From an uncultured Solirubrobacteraceae bacterium (GTDB lineage: Bacteria; Actinomycetota; Thermoleophilia; Solirubrobacterales; Solirubrobacteraceae): a DNA stretch of 64,000 nucleotides. The DNA is taken from contig CAWIRA010000005.1 in NCBI GenBank assembly GCA_963838405.1, positions 83,071 through 147,070 on the forward strand, in the 5' to 3' direction. The translations under genes were made by a program, and so were the position numbers. The notes under the pieces were generated by a model. That model had not been told where the DNA came from. It ran no database searches and saw nothing but the letters and a program-made list of their open reading frames with translations. Below are positions 1 through 9,127 of the stretch, one piece after another (within the stretch, counting starts at the first letter, position 1; each line of letters begins with the position of its first letter).

Positions 1-1
1 C

Positions 2-838
2 TTTCGCCAGCTCGACCTTCACGGCGTCGACGTCCTGCTGGACTGCGCCAACGGCGCGACCTACCAGGTCGCGCCGGAGATCTTCCGCCGGCTCGGCGCA
101 CGCGTCTCGGTGATCGCAGACACGCCCGATGGGCGCAACATCAACGACGGCTGCGGCTCGACGCACATCGAGGAGCTGGCGCGCGCGGTGCTCGCCGGTG
201 GGCACGCGCTCGGGTTTGCGTTCGATGGAGACGGCGACCGCGTGCTGGCGGCGGATCGTCGCGGGGTGGTCGTCGACGGCGACGAGCTGCTGGCGCTGGC
301 GACGCTGCATCTGCGCGAGGCCGGGCGCCTGAACGGCGACGGCGTCGCCGTCACGGTCATGACCAACTATGGCTTTCACTCAGCGATGGAGCGCGCCGGT
401 GTGCTCGTCGCCACCACCCAGGTCGGCGACCGCTACGTGCTCGAGGAATTGCGTGCCCGGGACTGGACGCTCGGCGGTGAGCAATCCGGTCACATCATCG
501 AGATGGGCTTCAACCGCACCGGCGACGGCATCGCCAGCGCGCTGCTGACGCTCGAGGCGCTTGCCGGCAGGGATCTCAGCGAGCGCGACGCGATGTCAAA
601 GCTGCCTCAGCGTCTGGTCAACGTCCGCGTGCGCGACCGCGGCGCGCTCGCCAATGCGCACGAGCTCGAGGAGGCCGTGCGCGCAGCCGAGCTGGAGCTG
701 CGCGGACGCGGGCGCGTGCTCGTACGCGCCAGCGGCACCGAGCCGCTGGTGCGGGTGATGGTCGAGGCGCCGACCGACGACGAGGCCGACCAGGTGTGCG
801 GACGCCTGGTCGCGCTGGTCGAGCGCGACCTCGCATAG
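2..838 (+). CDS. glmM: Phosphoglucosamine mutase, 5'-truncated by window edge
   Basis: Frame open from base 2: LDCANGATY, NINDGCGSTH, AFDGDGDR metal loop, GGEQSGH, RASGTEPLVRVMVE; precedes glmS. Confidence 0.95.
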   Translation, partial: FRQLDLHGVDVLLDCANGATYQVAPEIFRRLGARVSVIADTPDGRNINDGCGSTHIEELARAVLAGGHALGFAFDGDGDRVLAADRRGVVVDGDELLALATLHLREAGRLNGDGVAVTVMTNYGFHSAMERAGVLVATTQVGDRYVLEELRARDWTLGGEQSGHIIEMGFNRTGDGIASALLTLEALAGRDLSERDAMSKLPQRLVNVRVRDRGALANAHELEEAVRAAELELRGRGRVLVRASGTEPLVRVMVEAPTDDEADQVCGRLVALVERDLA

Positions 839-889
839 AACGCCAGCCGCCTGCCGGCGCCCGCCAGTGCCGCTGGTATCTTCGAGCGC

Positions 890-2773
890 GTGTGCGGCAT
901 CGTTGGCTACGTCGGCTCCCGTCCTGCCCAGGCACTGCTGCTCGCGGGCCTCAGCAAGCTCGAGTACCGCGGTTATGACTCGGCTGGGATCTCGCTGATC
1001 GCCGACGAGCGGATCGAGGCCGTGCGCGCGGTCGGCAACCTCGACGCGCTGCGCGCCAAGCTCGAACATCGAGGACGGGCGACGCATGAGGGCGGGCTCG
1101 CCACAGCCGTGCTCGTCGAGCCGCGCGCACCGGCACACACCGGGATCGGCCACACGCGATGGGCGACGCACGGCCGCGTGAGCGAGGAGAACGCCCATCC
1201 GCACTACGACAGTGGCGACCGTGTCCACGTCGTCGTCAACGGGATCGTCGAGAACTACATCAAGCTCAAGCAGCGCCTGATCGCCACCGGCAGCGTGTTC
1301 ACGTCCGAGACCGACGCGGAGGTGATCGCGCACCTGATCGCCGAGTGCTACGCCGGCGACCTCGTCGAGGCGGTCCGCGCCGCGTACGCCCGGCTCGAGG
1401 GTCACTACGCCTTCGTCGCGATGAGCCTCGACGAGCCCGAGCTGCTCGTGGGCGCCCGCAAGGAGTGTCCGTTGGTGATCGGTCGCGGCGACGGCGAGCA
1501 GTTCGTGGCCTCGGCGGTGCCGGCGTTCCTGGCGCAGACGCGGCGCGCGCAGTACCTCGAGAACGGCGAGATCGTCGCGCTGCGCCCCGATGGCGTGCAG
1601 ATCACGACCGCCGCCGGCGAGCCGGTCGAGCGCGCGGTCGAAACGATCGACTGGGATCAGGAAACCGCCGAGAAGGGCGGCTACGAGACGTTCATGCTGA
1701 AGGAGATCCACGAACAGGCCGACGCCGTCGCGGAGACGATCGCCGACCGCACCGCCCGCGGCGACGGCGTCGACCTCGACGAGCCCGGCGCGCTGGACGA
1801 GGCGATCCTCGCGGGCGTGCAGCGGATCGTCGTCGTCGCCTGCGGCACTGCCTACCACGCCGGCTTGATCGGCCGCTACGCGATCGAAGAGTGGGCGCGG
1901 CTGCCGGTCGAGCTCGACATCGCCTCGGAGTACCGCTACCGCAACGCGGTAGTCGGGCCAGGCGATCTCGTGATCGGGATCTCGCAGTCCGGCGAGACCG
2001 CGGACACGCTCGAGGCGATGCGTCTCGCGCGTGCGCGCGGAGCAACGGTGCTTGCGATCACGAACACCGTCGGCTCACAGGCCACGCGCGAGGCCGACGG
2101 CGTCCTCTACACGCGGGCGGGTCTCGAGATCGGCGTCGCCGCGACCAAGACGTTCGTGTGTCAGGTCGCCGTCATGTATCTGCTCGGTCTGCGCCTGGGG
2201 GAGCTGCGTGGCACGCTCGCGCCGGCGCGCCTCGCCGAGCTCGTGTCCGAGCTCAAGCGGCTGCCGCACTGCATCGACGAGCTGATCGGCGGCTGCGAAG
2301 AGCACACGCGCGAGGTCGCCAAGACGTGCGGCGACGCCGAGTTCTTCCTGTACATCGGCCGCCACATCGGTCTCCCCGTCGCGCTCGAGGGTGCGCTCAA
2401 GCTCAAGGAGATCTCCTACATCTCGACCGACGCATACGCCGCCGGCGAGATGAAGCACGGGCCGATCGCGCTACTCGACGAGGCCACGCCGGTTGTCTGC
2501 GTCGCCACGCGCTCGCCGGTGCTCGAGAAGCTCATCTCCAACATCCAGGAGGCGCGCGCCCGCGGCGCGCGCGTGATCGCGATCACCACCGCCGGCGACG
2601 ACGCCGTCGAAGCTCATGCCGAGGCGACGATCGCGGTGCCGGTGACCGACTGGATGCTGCAGCCGATTCTCGCCGTGATCCCGCTGCAGCTGCTCGCCTA
2701 CGAGATCGCACGCGGCCGTGGTCTGAATGTCGACCAGCCGCGCAACCTCGCGAAGACGGTGACGGTCGAGTAG
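890..2773 (+). CDS. glmS: Glutamine--fructose-6-phosphate transaminase (isomerizing)
   Basis: N-terminal MCGIVG, GHTRWATHG, SQSGETADT, C-terminal PRNLAKTVTVE. Confidence 0.98.
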   Translation: MCGIVGYVGSRPAQALLLAGLSKLEYRGYDSAGISLIADERIEAVRAVGNLDALRAKLEHRGRATHEGGLATAVLVEPRAPAHTGIGHTRWATHGRVSEENAHPHYDSGDRVHVVVNGIVENYIKLKQRLIATGSVFTSETDAEVIAHLIAECYAGDLVEAVRAAYARLEGHYAFVAMSLDEPELLVGARKECPLVIGRGDGEQFVASAVPAFLAQTRRAQYLENGEIVALRPDGVQITTAAGEPVERAVETIDWDQETAEKGGYETFMLKEIHEQADAVAETIADRTARGDGVDLDEPGALDEAILAGVQRIVVVACGTAYHAGLIGRYAIEEWARLPVELDIASEYRYRNAVVGPGDLVIGISQSGETADTLEAMRLARARGATVLAITNTVGSQATREADGVLYTRAGLEIGVAATKTFVCQVAVMYLLGLRLGELRGTLAPARLAELVSELKRLPHCIDELIGGCEEHTREVAKTCGDAEFFLYIGRHIGLPVALEGALKLKEISYISTDAYAAGEMKHGPIALLDEATPVVCVATRSPVLEKLISNIQEARARGARVIAITTAGDDAVEAHAEATIAVPVTDWMLQPILAVIPLQLLAYEIARGRGLNVDQPRNLAKTVTVE

Positions 2774-2804
2774 CTCTCAGTCGGGGGACCATCTAGCATC
2801 GCCG

Positions 2805-4469
2805 GTGGTGAACTCGCTACCTGCCTGGCTCGTGCCGCTGCCCGACGCCGAGACGATGCGCGCGATCGACCGCTGGGCGATCGACGAGCAGGGGGTTGCG
2901 AGCCTCGAGCTGATGGAGCGCGCGGGCGCCGGCGTCGCACGCGCACTCGAGCGCCTCGCCCCGGACGGTCCCGTAACGGTCGTTTGCGGTAAGGGCAACA
3001 ACGGCGGCGATGGCCTCGTCGCGGCGCGCCTGCTGCGCGAGTCCTCGCGGCCGGTCACGGTGGTGTGCGTCGCGGCGCCGACAGAGCTGACGGGCGACGC
3101 CCGCGCGAACCTCGAACGTCTCCCCGGTCCGCCGCCGCTGCGCCTCGACGCCAGCCCGTGGACCGCTCCCGACGGCGAGCAGGAGCCGCCGCAGGCCGCG
3201 CCAGAGCTGTTCAACGCGGACGTCAGCCTCGTCGACGCGCTGCTCGGCACGGGCTTCCAGGGCGAGCCCCGCGGCGCCGTCGCGACCGCGATCGCCGCGA
3301 TCAACGCCGCCGCTGCGCTCGTCGTCAGCGTCGACGTGCCGAGCGGGGTCGACGCGACGACCGGCGTCGTCCGCGGCGACGCCGTGTCTGCGTCGGTGAC
3401 CGTCAGCTTCCACGCCGCCAAGCCGGGGCTCTGGATCAACCCCGGCAAGGCGCACGCCGGCGAGGTGCAGGTGCTCGACATCGGCATCCCTCGCGGCGCC
3501 CCCGGCGGGGCGACGATCGGGCTGATCGATCCGAGCGTGCTCGAGCAGCTGCCGCGCAGAGACGCGCGGGGGACGAAGTTCACGTCTGGCCACGTGCTCG
3601 TCGTGGGCGGCTCACGCGGCCTCACCGGCGCGCCGCAGATGGCGGCGAAGGCGAGCATGCGCGCCGGCGCCGGGTATGTGACGGCGTGCGTGCCGGCGGC
3701 TTTGCAGGAGCTGATCGCCGGTGCTGGAACTCCGGAGGTGATGACGCGGGGTCTGCCCGACGACGACGGCGCCCTGACCGCGCAGGCGGTCGCCGGCGTG
3801 CTCGAGGCGAGCGGCCGCGGCGGTTCGCTGGCATTGGGTCCGGGGCTTGGGCGCACCGACGGTGCGTTCGCGTGCGCACGCGCGCTCGCCCGCGAAGCCG
3901 ACGTCGCGATGGTGCTCGACGCGGACGGCCTGAACGCACATGCCGGACGGCTCGCAGACCTACGGGGAAGGACCGCGGCGACGGTGCTGACGCCGCACGC
4001 CGGCGAGCTCGGGCGGCTGCTCGAGCTCGACAGCTCCGAGATCGAGCGCGAACGTCTGCGTCACGTCACCGCGGCGGCCGAACAGGCCGACACGGTCGTC
4101 TTGCTGAAGGGCGACGACACGCTGGTCGCCGCGCCGGATGGGATCGTGGCCGTGAGCCCGGGCGCCAGCCCCGCGCTCGCGACAGCCGGCACCGGCGATG
4201 TCCTCACGGGCGTGATCGCGGCGCTGCTGGCCCAGGGCCTGGAAGCGTTCGCCGCGGCAGCCGCCGGAGTGTGGCTGCATGCCGAGGCCGGCAGGGAGGC
4301 AGCGCGCAGAGTCGGCGCGGCGGAGGGCGTGATCGCCTCCGACGTGATCGCGGCGCTGCCGGCGGCGCGCTCGCGCGCAAGCCGCGCACGAATGCGCGAC
4401 ACGCGCCAGGCGCGGCTGCGAAGCGGCGGCGCTCAGCAGCAGCGGGGCAGGGCGCGCGGCAATGGCTGA
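2805..4469 (+). CDS. nnr: Bifunctional NAD(P)H-hydrate epimerase/dehydratase (YjeF)
   Basis: GKGNNGGDG, VDALLGTG, DVPSG, GPGLG, LDADGL, LTPHAGE, ATAGTGDVL. Confidence 0.93.
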   Translation: MVNSLPAWLVPLPDAETMRAIDRWAIDEQGVASLELMERAGAGVARALERLAPDGPVTVVCGKGNNGGDGLVAARLLRESSRPVTVVCVAAPTELTGDARANLERLPGPPPLRLDASPWTAPDGEQEPPQAAPELFNADVSLVDALLGTGFQGEPRGAVATAIAAINAAAALVVSVDVPSGVDATTGVVRGDAVSASVTVSFHAAKPGLWINPGKAHAGEVQVLDIGIPRGAPGGATIGLIDPSVLEQLPRRDARGTKFTSGHVLVVGGSRGLTGAPQMAAKASMRAGAGYVTACVPAALQELIAGAGTPEVMTRGLPDDDGALTAQAVAGVLEASGRGGSLALGPGLGRTDGAFACARALAREADVAMVLDADGLNAHAGRLADLRGRTAATVLTPHAGELGRLLELDSSEIERERLRHVTAAAEQADTVVLLKGDDTLVAAPDGIVAVSPGASPALATAGTGDVLTGVIAALLAQGLEAFAAAAAGVWLHAEAGREAARRVGAAEGVIASDVIAALPAARSRASRARMRDTRQARLRSGGAQQQRGRARGNG

Positions 4470-5688
4470 GCAGTCATCACAACTCGGTCCGCGCGAGCGA
4501 CACGCCACTGGCCTGCGCAGAGCGCAGGCCAGCATCAACGTCGCCGCGATCGCGCGCAACTGCGCGCGCCTGCGCACACAGCTGCACGCCGGGACAGCGC
4601 TCTGCGCGGTCGTCAAGGCCGACGGCTACGGCCACGGCGCGGTGCAGAGCGCCCGCGCCGCGCTCGCCGGCGGCGCCGCCTGGCTTGGCGTTGCCGACGC
4701 TCGCGAGGCGCGCGAGCTGCGCGAGGCGGGCCTGCGCGACGTGCGGGTGCTCGTGATGGGCCCGCTCAGCCTGCCGGAGTTGAGCGAGGCGCTCGCCGCC
4801 GACGCAGATGTGGTCGTGTGGAGCGAGAGCTACCTGCGGGCCGTCGCGGCGGCCGGCGGCGGACGTGTGCACGTCAAGTTCGACTCGGGCATGGGCCGCC
4901 TCGGCACACGCGACCCGGCCGAGGCCTCACGTGTGGCCGCGGCGGCGGCGCAGATGCCCGACGTCACCCTCGCCGGCGTGATGACGCACTTCGCCACCGC
5001 CGACGAGCTCAAGGACGACGGCTTCTTCGCCGGCCAGCTGAGCGTGTTCACGCGCTGGGCGCGCACGGTGAAGGACGAGCATCCCGAGATCGTCGTCCAC
5101 GCAGCCAACAGCGCCGCGACGATGCGCGAGCCGGAGGCGCAGTTCGACATGGTTCGCTGCGGAATCGCGATCTACGGCATGGATCCGTTCGGTCGCGACC
5201 CCGCCGCGCGCGCGCTCGAGCCCGCGCTCGAGCTCAGCTCCTACGTCGCCGAGGTGAAGCTGTGCCCTGCCGGGGAGAGCGCCGGCTATGGACGTCAGTT
5301 CGTCGCCGAGGAGGACACCTACATCGGCGTGCTGCCGATCGGCTACGGCGACGGCTGGCGGCGCGGACTGTCGAACAACGCCGACGTGCTGATCGGCGGT
5401 CACCGCTATCCGCTGGTCGGCACGGTCAGCATGGACAGCATCACCGTCGATCTCGGTCCGGACGGGGATCCGGAGCAGCTTCGCGGTGAGCGCGCGGTCC
5501 TGATCGGCATCCAGGGCAGCGAGCGCATCACCGCAGAGGAGGTCGCGCGGCGGCTCGACACGATCAACTACGAGATCAGCTGTGCGCTCACGCCGCGCGT
5601 CACGCGCGTCTACCACCGTGACGGCACCGCGATCGAGGGTTCCAGCACGCAGGAGCGATCTCGGACGGCGGACGCCGAGCTGGGATGA
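4462..5688 (+). CDS. alr: Alanine racemase
   Basis: AVVKADGYGHG PLP-lysine motif, HVKFDSGMGRLG, SAGYG, GTVSMD, TINYE. Confidence 0.96.
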   Translation: MAEQSSQLGPRERHATGLRRAQASINVAAIARNCARLRTQLHAGTALCAVVKADGYGHGAVQSARAALAGGAAWLGVADAREARELREAGLRDVRVLVMGPLSLPELSEALAADADVVVWSESYLRAVAAAGGGRVHVKFDSGMGRLGTRDPAEASRVAAAAAQMPDVTLAGVMTHFATADELKDDGFFAGQLSVFTRWARTVKDEHPEIVVHAANSAATMREPEAQFDMVRCGIAIYGMDPFGRDPAARALEPALELSSYVAEVKLCPAGESAGYGRQFVAEEDTYIGVLPIGYGDGWRRGLSNNADVLIGGHRYPLVGTVSMDSITVDLGPDGDPEQLRGERAVLIGIQGSERITAEEVARRLDTINYEISCALTPRVTRVYHRDGTAIEGSSTQERSRTADAELG

Positions 5689-7115
5689 GCGCCGGCCTCG
5701 ACGTGGCTCGCGAGGCGCTGGCGGGCACGCGGAGCTGGCTGGTCGGCGGCGCCACGCGCGACCGCCTGCTGGGGAGGCCGACGGCGGACGTAGACGTGGT
5801 CGTGGACGGCGACCCCGCCGTAGCTGCGCGAGCGATCGCACGCGCAGCGCGCGGCGCTGCGTGCTTCGCGCTCTCACAGGAGTTCGGCTCGTGGCGGGTT
5901 GTCGCACGTGAGCACGCATGGCAGGTCGATGTCGAGCCGCTGCGCGGTGAGACGATCGAGACTGACCTGGAGCTGCGCGACTTCACCGTCAACGCGATCG
6001 CCGAGCCGATCGAGGGTGGAGCGCTGATCGACCCGCTCGGCGGCGCGGCCGATCTGCGCGCGCGCCGGCTGCGGGTCGCCGGTTCTAGCGCCTTCAGCGA
6101 CGACCCGCTGCGCGTGCTGCGGCTCGTGCGCCTGGCGGTAGAGCTCGACCTCGAGCCCGACCCGGAGACGATCCGCAACGCCGGCCTCCACGCGCCCGCG
6201 CTCGACGGCGTGTCGGCCGAGCGCGTGTTCGTGGAGCTGCGCCGGATCATCGCCGCACGTGCTGCGCGGCGCGGCCTGGATCTGATGGATCAGCTCGGTG
6301 CCACCGCGATCGTGCTGCCGGAGCTCGACGCGCTACGGGGCATCGAGCAGAACCGCTTTCACCACCTGGACGTATACGGCCACACGCTCGAGGTGTTCGA
6401 CCGAGCGGTCGAGCTGACGAGCGCTACGACCGACACGCCCGGCGCTGACGCGGAGCTCGACGCGTGCATCAGCCCGCACCGCGCCGAGATCGAACTGCTG
6501 CTGGCAGAGCCGCTCGCCGATGAGCTGACGCGGGGTGAGGCGCTGCGCTGGGGCGCGCTTCTTCACGACGCAGCCAAGCCGCTGACCCGTGAGGTCAGCC
6601 CGGCGGACGGGCGCGTGACGTTCATCGCGCACGACGTCCGCGGGGCACAGCTGGCCCGCGAAGTGCTCACGCGCCTGCGCGCCAGCGAGCGCCTGCGCGC
6701 TCACGTCGGTGCGCTCGTGCGCCACCACCTGCGCCTCGGCTTTCTCGTCCACGAGCGCCAGCCACTGGCGCGCAGAACCGTGTACGCGTACCTTCACGCA
6801 ACCGCGCCGGTCGAGGTCGACGTGACGCTGCTGTCGATCGCCGACAGGCTCGCGACGCGTGGCGAGCGCGCCGAGCAGGCCGTACGGGCTCACCTGAGGC
6901 TTGCCGGGGGAATGCTCGCAGAGACGCTGCGCTGGCGCCGGCTCGGGCCGCCGGCCCCGCTGCTCAGAGGCGATGAGCTGGCGCGCGAGCTCGGCATCGC
7001 CACCGGCCCGCGCGTCGGCGAGCTGCTCGAGGAGCTCGCCGCGGCGCAGTACGCCGGCGAGCTCGCCAACCGTGAAGATGCCCTCGACTACGCGCAGCGG
7101 CTGATGCAGGGCTGA
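5685..7115 (+). CDS. CCA tRNA nucleotidyltransferase / poly(A) polymerase family with HD domain
   Basis: GGATRD plus DVD catalytic motif, LRDFTVNA, DDPLRVLR, HLDVYGHT and LLHDAAKP; ATGA overlap with alr. Confidence 0.85.
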   Translation: MSAGLDVAREALAGTRSWLVGGATRDRLLGRPTADVDVVVDGDPAVAARAIARAARGAACFALSQEFGSWRVVAREHAWQVDVEPLRGETIETDLELRDFTVNAIAEPIEGGALIDPLGGAADLRARRLRVAGSSAFSDDPLRVLRLVRLAVELDLEPDPETIRNAGLHAPALDGVSAERVFVELRRIIAARAARRGLDLMDQLGATAIVLPELDALRGIEQNRFHHLDVYGHTLEVFDRAVELTSATTDTPGADAELDACISPHRAEIELLLAEPLADELTRGEALRWGALLHDAAKPLTREVSPADGRVTFIAHDVRGAQLAREVLTRLRASERLRAHVGALVRHHLRLGFLVHERQPLARRTVYAYLHATAPVEVDVTLLSIADRLATRGERAEQAVRAHLRLAGGMLAETLRWRRLGPPAPLLRGDELARELGIATGPRVGELLEELAAAQYAGELANREDALDYAQRLMQG

Positions 7116-7170
7116 TCGCACCGGCGTGTGCGCCGTTTCCCGGCGCGCTTGACATAGGATCGTGAGCGCG

Positions 7171-7584
7171 ATGAGCGACCCCGACTGCATCTTCTGCAAG
7201 ATCGTGGCGGGCGAGCTGCCCGCGACGATCGTCGACGAAGACGAGCGCACGCTCGCCTTCATGGACATCGCCCCAGCCACCCGAGGGCACGCGCTAGTGA
7301 TCCCCCGCGCGCACAGCGTCGATCTGCTGAGCGTCGATCCGAGCGACCTCAGCGCGGTGGCGCTCGCTGCGCAGCGCCTGGCGGGAAGGGCCAAGGAGCG
7401 CCTCGCTGCCGACGGCGTCAACCTCTTGAACTCCTGCGGCCGCGCCGCCTGGCAGACGGTCTTCCACTTCCACGTGCACGTCATCCCGCGCTACGAAGGC
7501 GACCCGCTGCGGCTGCCGTGGGTGCCGGGCGCGGGCGACCCCGAGCAGATCGCGGCGGCCGCGCAGGAACTCTCGGGGACGTAG
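7171..7584 (+). CDS. HIT family nucleotide hydrolase
   Basis: DCIFCKI, GHALVIP, HFHVHVI triad; alternative GTG start at 7162. Confidence 0.92.
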   Translation: MSDPDCIFCKIVAGELPATIVDEDERTLAFMDIAPATRGHALVIPRAHSVDLLSVDPSDLSAVALAAQRLAGRAKERLAADGVNLLNSCGRAAWQTVFHFHVHVIPRYEGDPLRLPWVPGAGDPEQIAAAAQELSGT

Positions 7585-7636
7585 CGAAAATATTCAAACC
7601 GCGACATCCAGCACTTACGTGTGTTCAATGCCCCAT

Positions 7637-8302
7637 ATGAAACGAATATCTCTTGCCCTGATCGTCACCGCCGCGTTCGCGCTGGCGCTGCCGGCCCTCG
7701 CGCCCGCGACGCTCACCGAAGTCGGCGTCATCGGTGAAACCACGCCCGCGACCGCGCCGAGTTGTCCTGGCACCCCGTGTCTGGCGGTCAGCCGCACAAC
7801 AGGCTTTCAGGTCAAGGTCGCCACCGCCAACAATCTCGTCAGCGCACCGCGCGAAGGCACGATCGTCGCCTGGACGATCACGCTCGGCAACCCGAACCCC
7901 ACCCAGATCAAGTACTTCAACGCCAACGAGGGCGGCCCCTCCGAAGCCGGGATCGCGATCCTCGCTCCTCAGAGGAAGCCAAACCTGACCTACAAGCTGA
8001 TCGCCCAGAGCCCGCTGGTCAAACTGCAGCCGTACTTCGGCAAGACCGCGCAGTTCCCGCTCGAAACAACGATCCCGGTCAAGAAGGGCTACATCGTCGC
8101 GCTGACCGTGCCCTCGTGGGCGCCGGCGCTAGCACTCGGATTCGGCGAAAACACGTCGTGGCGCGCCAGCCGCCCCAAGGCCGGCTGCAAGAGCACCAGC
8201 TCCCAAACGACACAGACCGCGATCGGCAGCGCCGTCCAGTACTACTGCCTCTACCAGACCGCCCGCCTCACCTACAGCGCAACGCTGATCTCCACGCCGT
8301 AG
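7637..8302 (+). CDS. Secreted hypothetical protein
   Basis: Signal peptide MKRISLALIVTAAFALALPALAPA; strongly GC3-biased codons; four Cys. Confidence 0.75.
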   Translation: MKRISLALIVTAAFALALPALAPATLTEVGVIGETTPATAPSCPGTPCLAVSRTTGFQVKVATANNLVSAPREGTIVAWTITLGNPNPTQIKYFNANEGGPSEAGIAILAPQRKPNLTYKLIAQSPLVKLQPYFGKTAQFPLETTIPVKKGYIVALTVPSWAPALALGFGENTSWRASRPKAGCKSTSSQTTQTAIGSAVQYYCLYQTARLTYSATLISTP

Positions 8303-8324
8303 CTGCCTAGCTGTTTGCAGATGC

Positions 8325-8429
8325 CCTAGGCGTTCGCTGGGCAAGCAAGGCAAGGACGCAGGGAGCGCCGCGTGCTGCGCACGCAAGCGACTGAGGACGC
8401 AGCATTGCGCCGCCCAGCGGGCGCCTAGG
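8325..8429 (+). repeat. Structured dispersed element, copy A (~105 nt, long terminal stem)
   Basis: CCTAGGCGTTCGCTGGGC...GCCCAGCGGGCGCCTAGG terminal stem; core homologous to the reverse complement of 16766-16870. Confidence 0.8.
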
Positions 8430-8823
8430 GGGCGCTGGCGCCGCCGGTGGGGCTGGCCGGCGCCGTAGGTTCGCTGGCTTTGGATTCGGCTTCGCTCGAG
8501 GCCGGTTTTTCTGCAGCGGCGGCGCCGCCGGAGCTGCCTTCGGTGCTGGGTGCGCTCCCACCGGAGGATGATTCGCTGTTTTCGCTCGCGGGCGTTTCTC
8601 CGGAGGAGGTCGTGCTTTCGGTCGTCTTGGTGCTCTTGGTCGAGGTCGTGCCGGTCGAGGTCGTCTGCGCGGCGGCCGCCGCTTCGGCGCTCGTGTCCGT
8701 CGGCGGCGTCAGTTCAGGGGTGCTTTTGGGCACCGCGTCGGAGACGCTGGTGCCGCCGCACGCGGCCAACGCCAACCCACAGAGCAGCGCTGCGCATGCG
8801 GCGAGCGCTACGCGGGTCCTCAC
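8425..8823 (-). CDS. Ser/Thr/Ala-rich low-complexity lipoprotein
   Basis: GTG start overlapping upstream TGA; lipobox LAAC-GG; disordered S/T/E-rich body. Confidence 0.7.
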   Translation of the reverse strand: MRTRVALAACAALLCGLALAACGGTSVSDAVPKSTPELTPPTDTSAEAAAAAQTTSTGTTSTKSTKTTESTTSSGETPASENSESSSGGSAPSTEGSSGGAAAAEKPASSEAESKASEPTAPASPTGGASAP

Positions 8824-9080
8824 AGCGGTCCCATACGCCTGCCGCAGGTGGGGCACTCGTTGAGGTCCTTCTGCGAGTGCTGGTCGCACCACGGGCAGAA
8901 GCGCATGTTCTCCACCGCCCACGGCAGCCGCGAGCGCGACGGCGCCAGCGGCAGCACCTTGCCCACGATCTCGAGCGGCTCGCCCGACTCGCGGTCCAGG
9001 TAGATCTCCTCCGGCTCGGCCTCGATCAGCACTTCGCGGCCTGCGGAGCTTCGTAGTCGATAACGCTGTCTAGTGCTCAC
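8820..9080 (-). CDS. Small zinc-ribbon protein
   Basis: CPWC...CPTC; -10 TAAAGT 7 nt before GTG. Confidence 0.7.
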   Translation of the reverse strand: MSTRQRYRLRSSAGREVLIEAEPEEIYLDRESGEPLEIVGKVLPLAPSRSRLPWAVENMRFCPWCDQHSQKDLNECPTCGRRMGPL

Positions 9081-9127
9081 GGCCGCAACTTTACCGGAGC
9101 GTGTGGGCGTGGATAGGCTGCGCGTGC

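Noticed and set aside
838-890. glmS ribozyme upstream of glmS
   Set aside because: The gap is only 51 nt and the gene looks leaderless, leaving no room for the ribozyme
5930-6000. Altered nucleotide specificity of the CCA-family enzyme (LRD instead of RRD)
   Set aside because: The central Arg-Asp and the DDxxR template motif are intact; not enough to claim altered specificity
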